Assembly: GCF_035084215.1 (NCBI RefSeq)
Contig: NC_090353.1
Span: 10,168,001-10,232,000 of the forward strand
Reading direction: 5' to 3'
DNA from: Heptranchias perlo
Lineage: Eukaryota
Length of the DNA: 64,000 bases
Of the stretch, positions 62,285-64,000 are shown one piece after another. The first letter of the stretch is position 1, and each line of letters starts with the position of its first letter. The notes under the pieces are model-generated. The model saw only the letters and a program-made list of their open reading frames with translations. It was not told the origin of the DNA and did no database searches. The position numbers and the translations under genes are program-made.

Positions 62285-64000
62285 TAGAGCCATTCACACT
62301 GACCAACCAGGGCAAATGATCTGAAACCCTCCCTGTCAGGGTCAGAGACTGTCAGTTTGAGGCAGTGACACCTCAGGACTGTCAGCAACTGACTTCCATC
62401 TTAAACAGTCCCTGCAGTAAATGAGGAGATAATTTATTGTCTGATATTGCCCAGTTTATCCCTTTATTTGCCTGCTTCCTCTGCTGCTGGACTCCATCCC
62501 TTATTCCAGAGATGGAGTTTAAATTGCAGGTCACACTTCTAATAATAAAAACAGGGTATGACAGTGCAGTGGTTATGTTCCTTGGACTAGTAATCCAGTA
62601 GAACGTGAGTTCAAAACCACCGTGACAGATTGAGAATTTGAGGTCAGTTTTTTTTTAAATGTGGGAATTAAAAGCTGGTATCAGTAAAAGTGACCATGAA
62701 GCTGTCGGATTGTCATAAAAACCCAACTGGTTCACTGATGGCCTTTAGGGAAGGAAAGCTGCCTTCCTTACCCAGTCTGGCCTATAAGTGACTCCTGTCC
62801 CACATCACTCTTAACTGCCCTCTGAAGTATCCGAGCAATCAACTCAGTTGTATCAAACTGCCACCAGAAGGCGTCTCACCACCACCTTCTCAGGGCAAGG
62901 AGGGATGGGCAACAAATGCCGGCCTCACCGGTGACGCCTGCATCCCGAGAATGAATAAAGAAAAAGAACTCTCTGCTGTACCAGAGTCTGGTGCAATGCT
63001 CTTCGATAGAGGCTCATTCAGGGTCAGAGACTGTCAGTTTGAGGCACTGACACCTCAGTACTGTTAGTAACTAACTTACATCTTAAACAGCCCCTGCTAC
63101 CCAGCAGTAAACGAGAAGATAGTTCATTGTTTGATATTTCCCAGTTTCCCCCTTTATGTTTGCCAGCTTTTTCTGTCCAGAAATGGAGTTTAAACAACAA
63201 GTCACTCCTCCAACAACTGGAACTCTCTGCTATACCACAGTCTGGTGCAATACTCTGAGCTTGTGGATCTCTCCTTAATACAGACACCTTCTAAAACTGG
63301 AGGACTGTGACACTTTTCTACACAACACACTGATACAGTGCACGTTGCTGGTAGCTCCCTATCAGAGAAACTATTTGAAACATTCTCGATACAGCAAGCT
63401 CCTCACCGTAGGACACTTACTGTGTGACTCCGACACAGAGTCCTGACTCAGTGTGTTGGTGAACCCCTTCAGTTGGTATTTCGATAATCTTGCTGTGCAT
63501 GTGCTGCTACTGTTTCAATAGTTTGTGAACACGCTTCATGGGATAGGGGCAGAAGTTATAACCAGTTACCAATGTCCTAACTTGCTGGCCACCTAACTAT
63601 CATATTCGAACTTGCTATCAATCAGCAGCTGACTATTTAAACTATTAACTATATTCTACCTATTAAATACAATCTATTACCTGAATATCTGCTATTTTCA
63701 TAGAATCAGGATATTGAGAGCCAATTGCACCTCATTTAAATATCAGCAGTGATTGGGTGAAGTTGGACTGCACTGATTCGGTGGCTTCAGCAAATCAGCT
63801 TTCAGTATTTCAATGAGATTTGGTGCAGCCCAAACCAGCCGCCCCTCGTGGGCGTAAAACTGACAAACACCTGGGGTCCCAGCAGGAACTGGGCACCGTT
63901 ATTTTAAGGAGAGGGACTGTCCAGAACAGAGTGAAACCTCTCGATCTGTGTTTTATAACAACATTACACAAATATTTTGGTTTCCGTTCCTTCAGACATG

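Larger units (their letters stand above)
45822..64000. repeat. Segmental duplication unit B (runs off the window end)
   Basis: Collinear with unit A; carries extra insertions (CR1, LINE, LTR+Harbinger, 1.7-kb block). Confidence 0.9.

Overview
Eukaryotic, repeat-rich vertebrate DNA; the immunoglobulin organisation and repeat content point to a cartilaginous fish (shark). The main content is a tandem array of immunoglobulin light-chain miniloci of the sigma isotype on the minus strand. There are two complete, unrearranged L-V-J-C clusters about 18.9 kb apart (A: ~37.7-43.3 kb; B: ~56.6-62.3 kb), each with an octamer/TATA promoter, a 12-RSS on V, a 23-RSS on J and a poly(A) signal, plus an orphan frameshifted C pseudo-exon at ~31.6-31.9 kb. 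To the left lie a ~7.5 kb G-rich 27/28-bp satellite, a 20-bp minisatellite and ~13 kb of AT-rich, repeat-poor DNA that looks like the long 3' UTR of an unidentified plus-strand gene. Mobile elements include CR1, L2, a third LINE family and its partner SINE, a Deu-type SINE, a PIF/Harbinger element nested in a solo LTR, and Penelope-like elements (PLEs) whose terminal repeats carry minimal type I hammerhead ribozyme motifs. Most notable: the near-identical, same-orientation sigma clusters with sharply tiered divergence, a perfect kappaB palindrome just inside the J-C intron, a weak J nonamer, and fold-back Penelope insertions with hammerheads. Most ORFs in the supplied track are repeat-derived artefacts.
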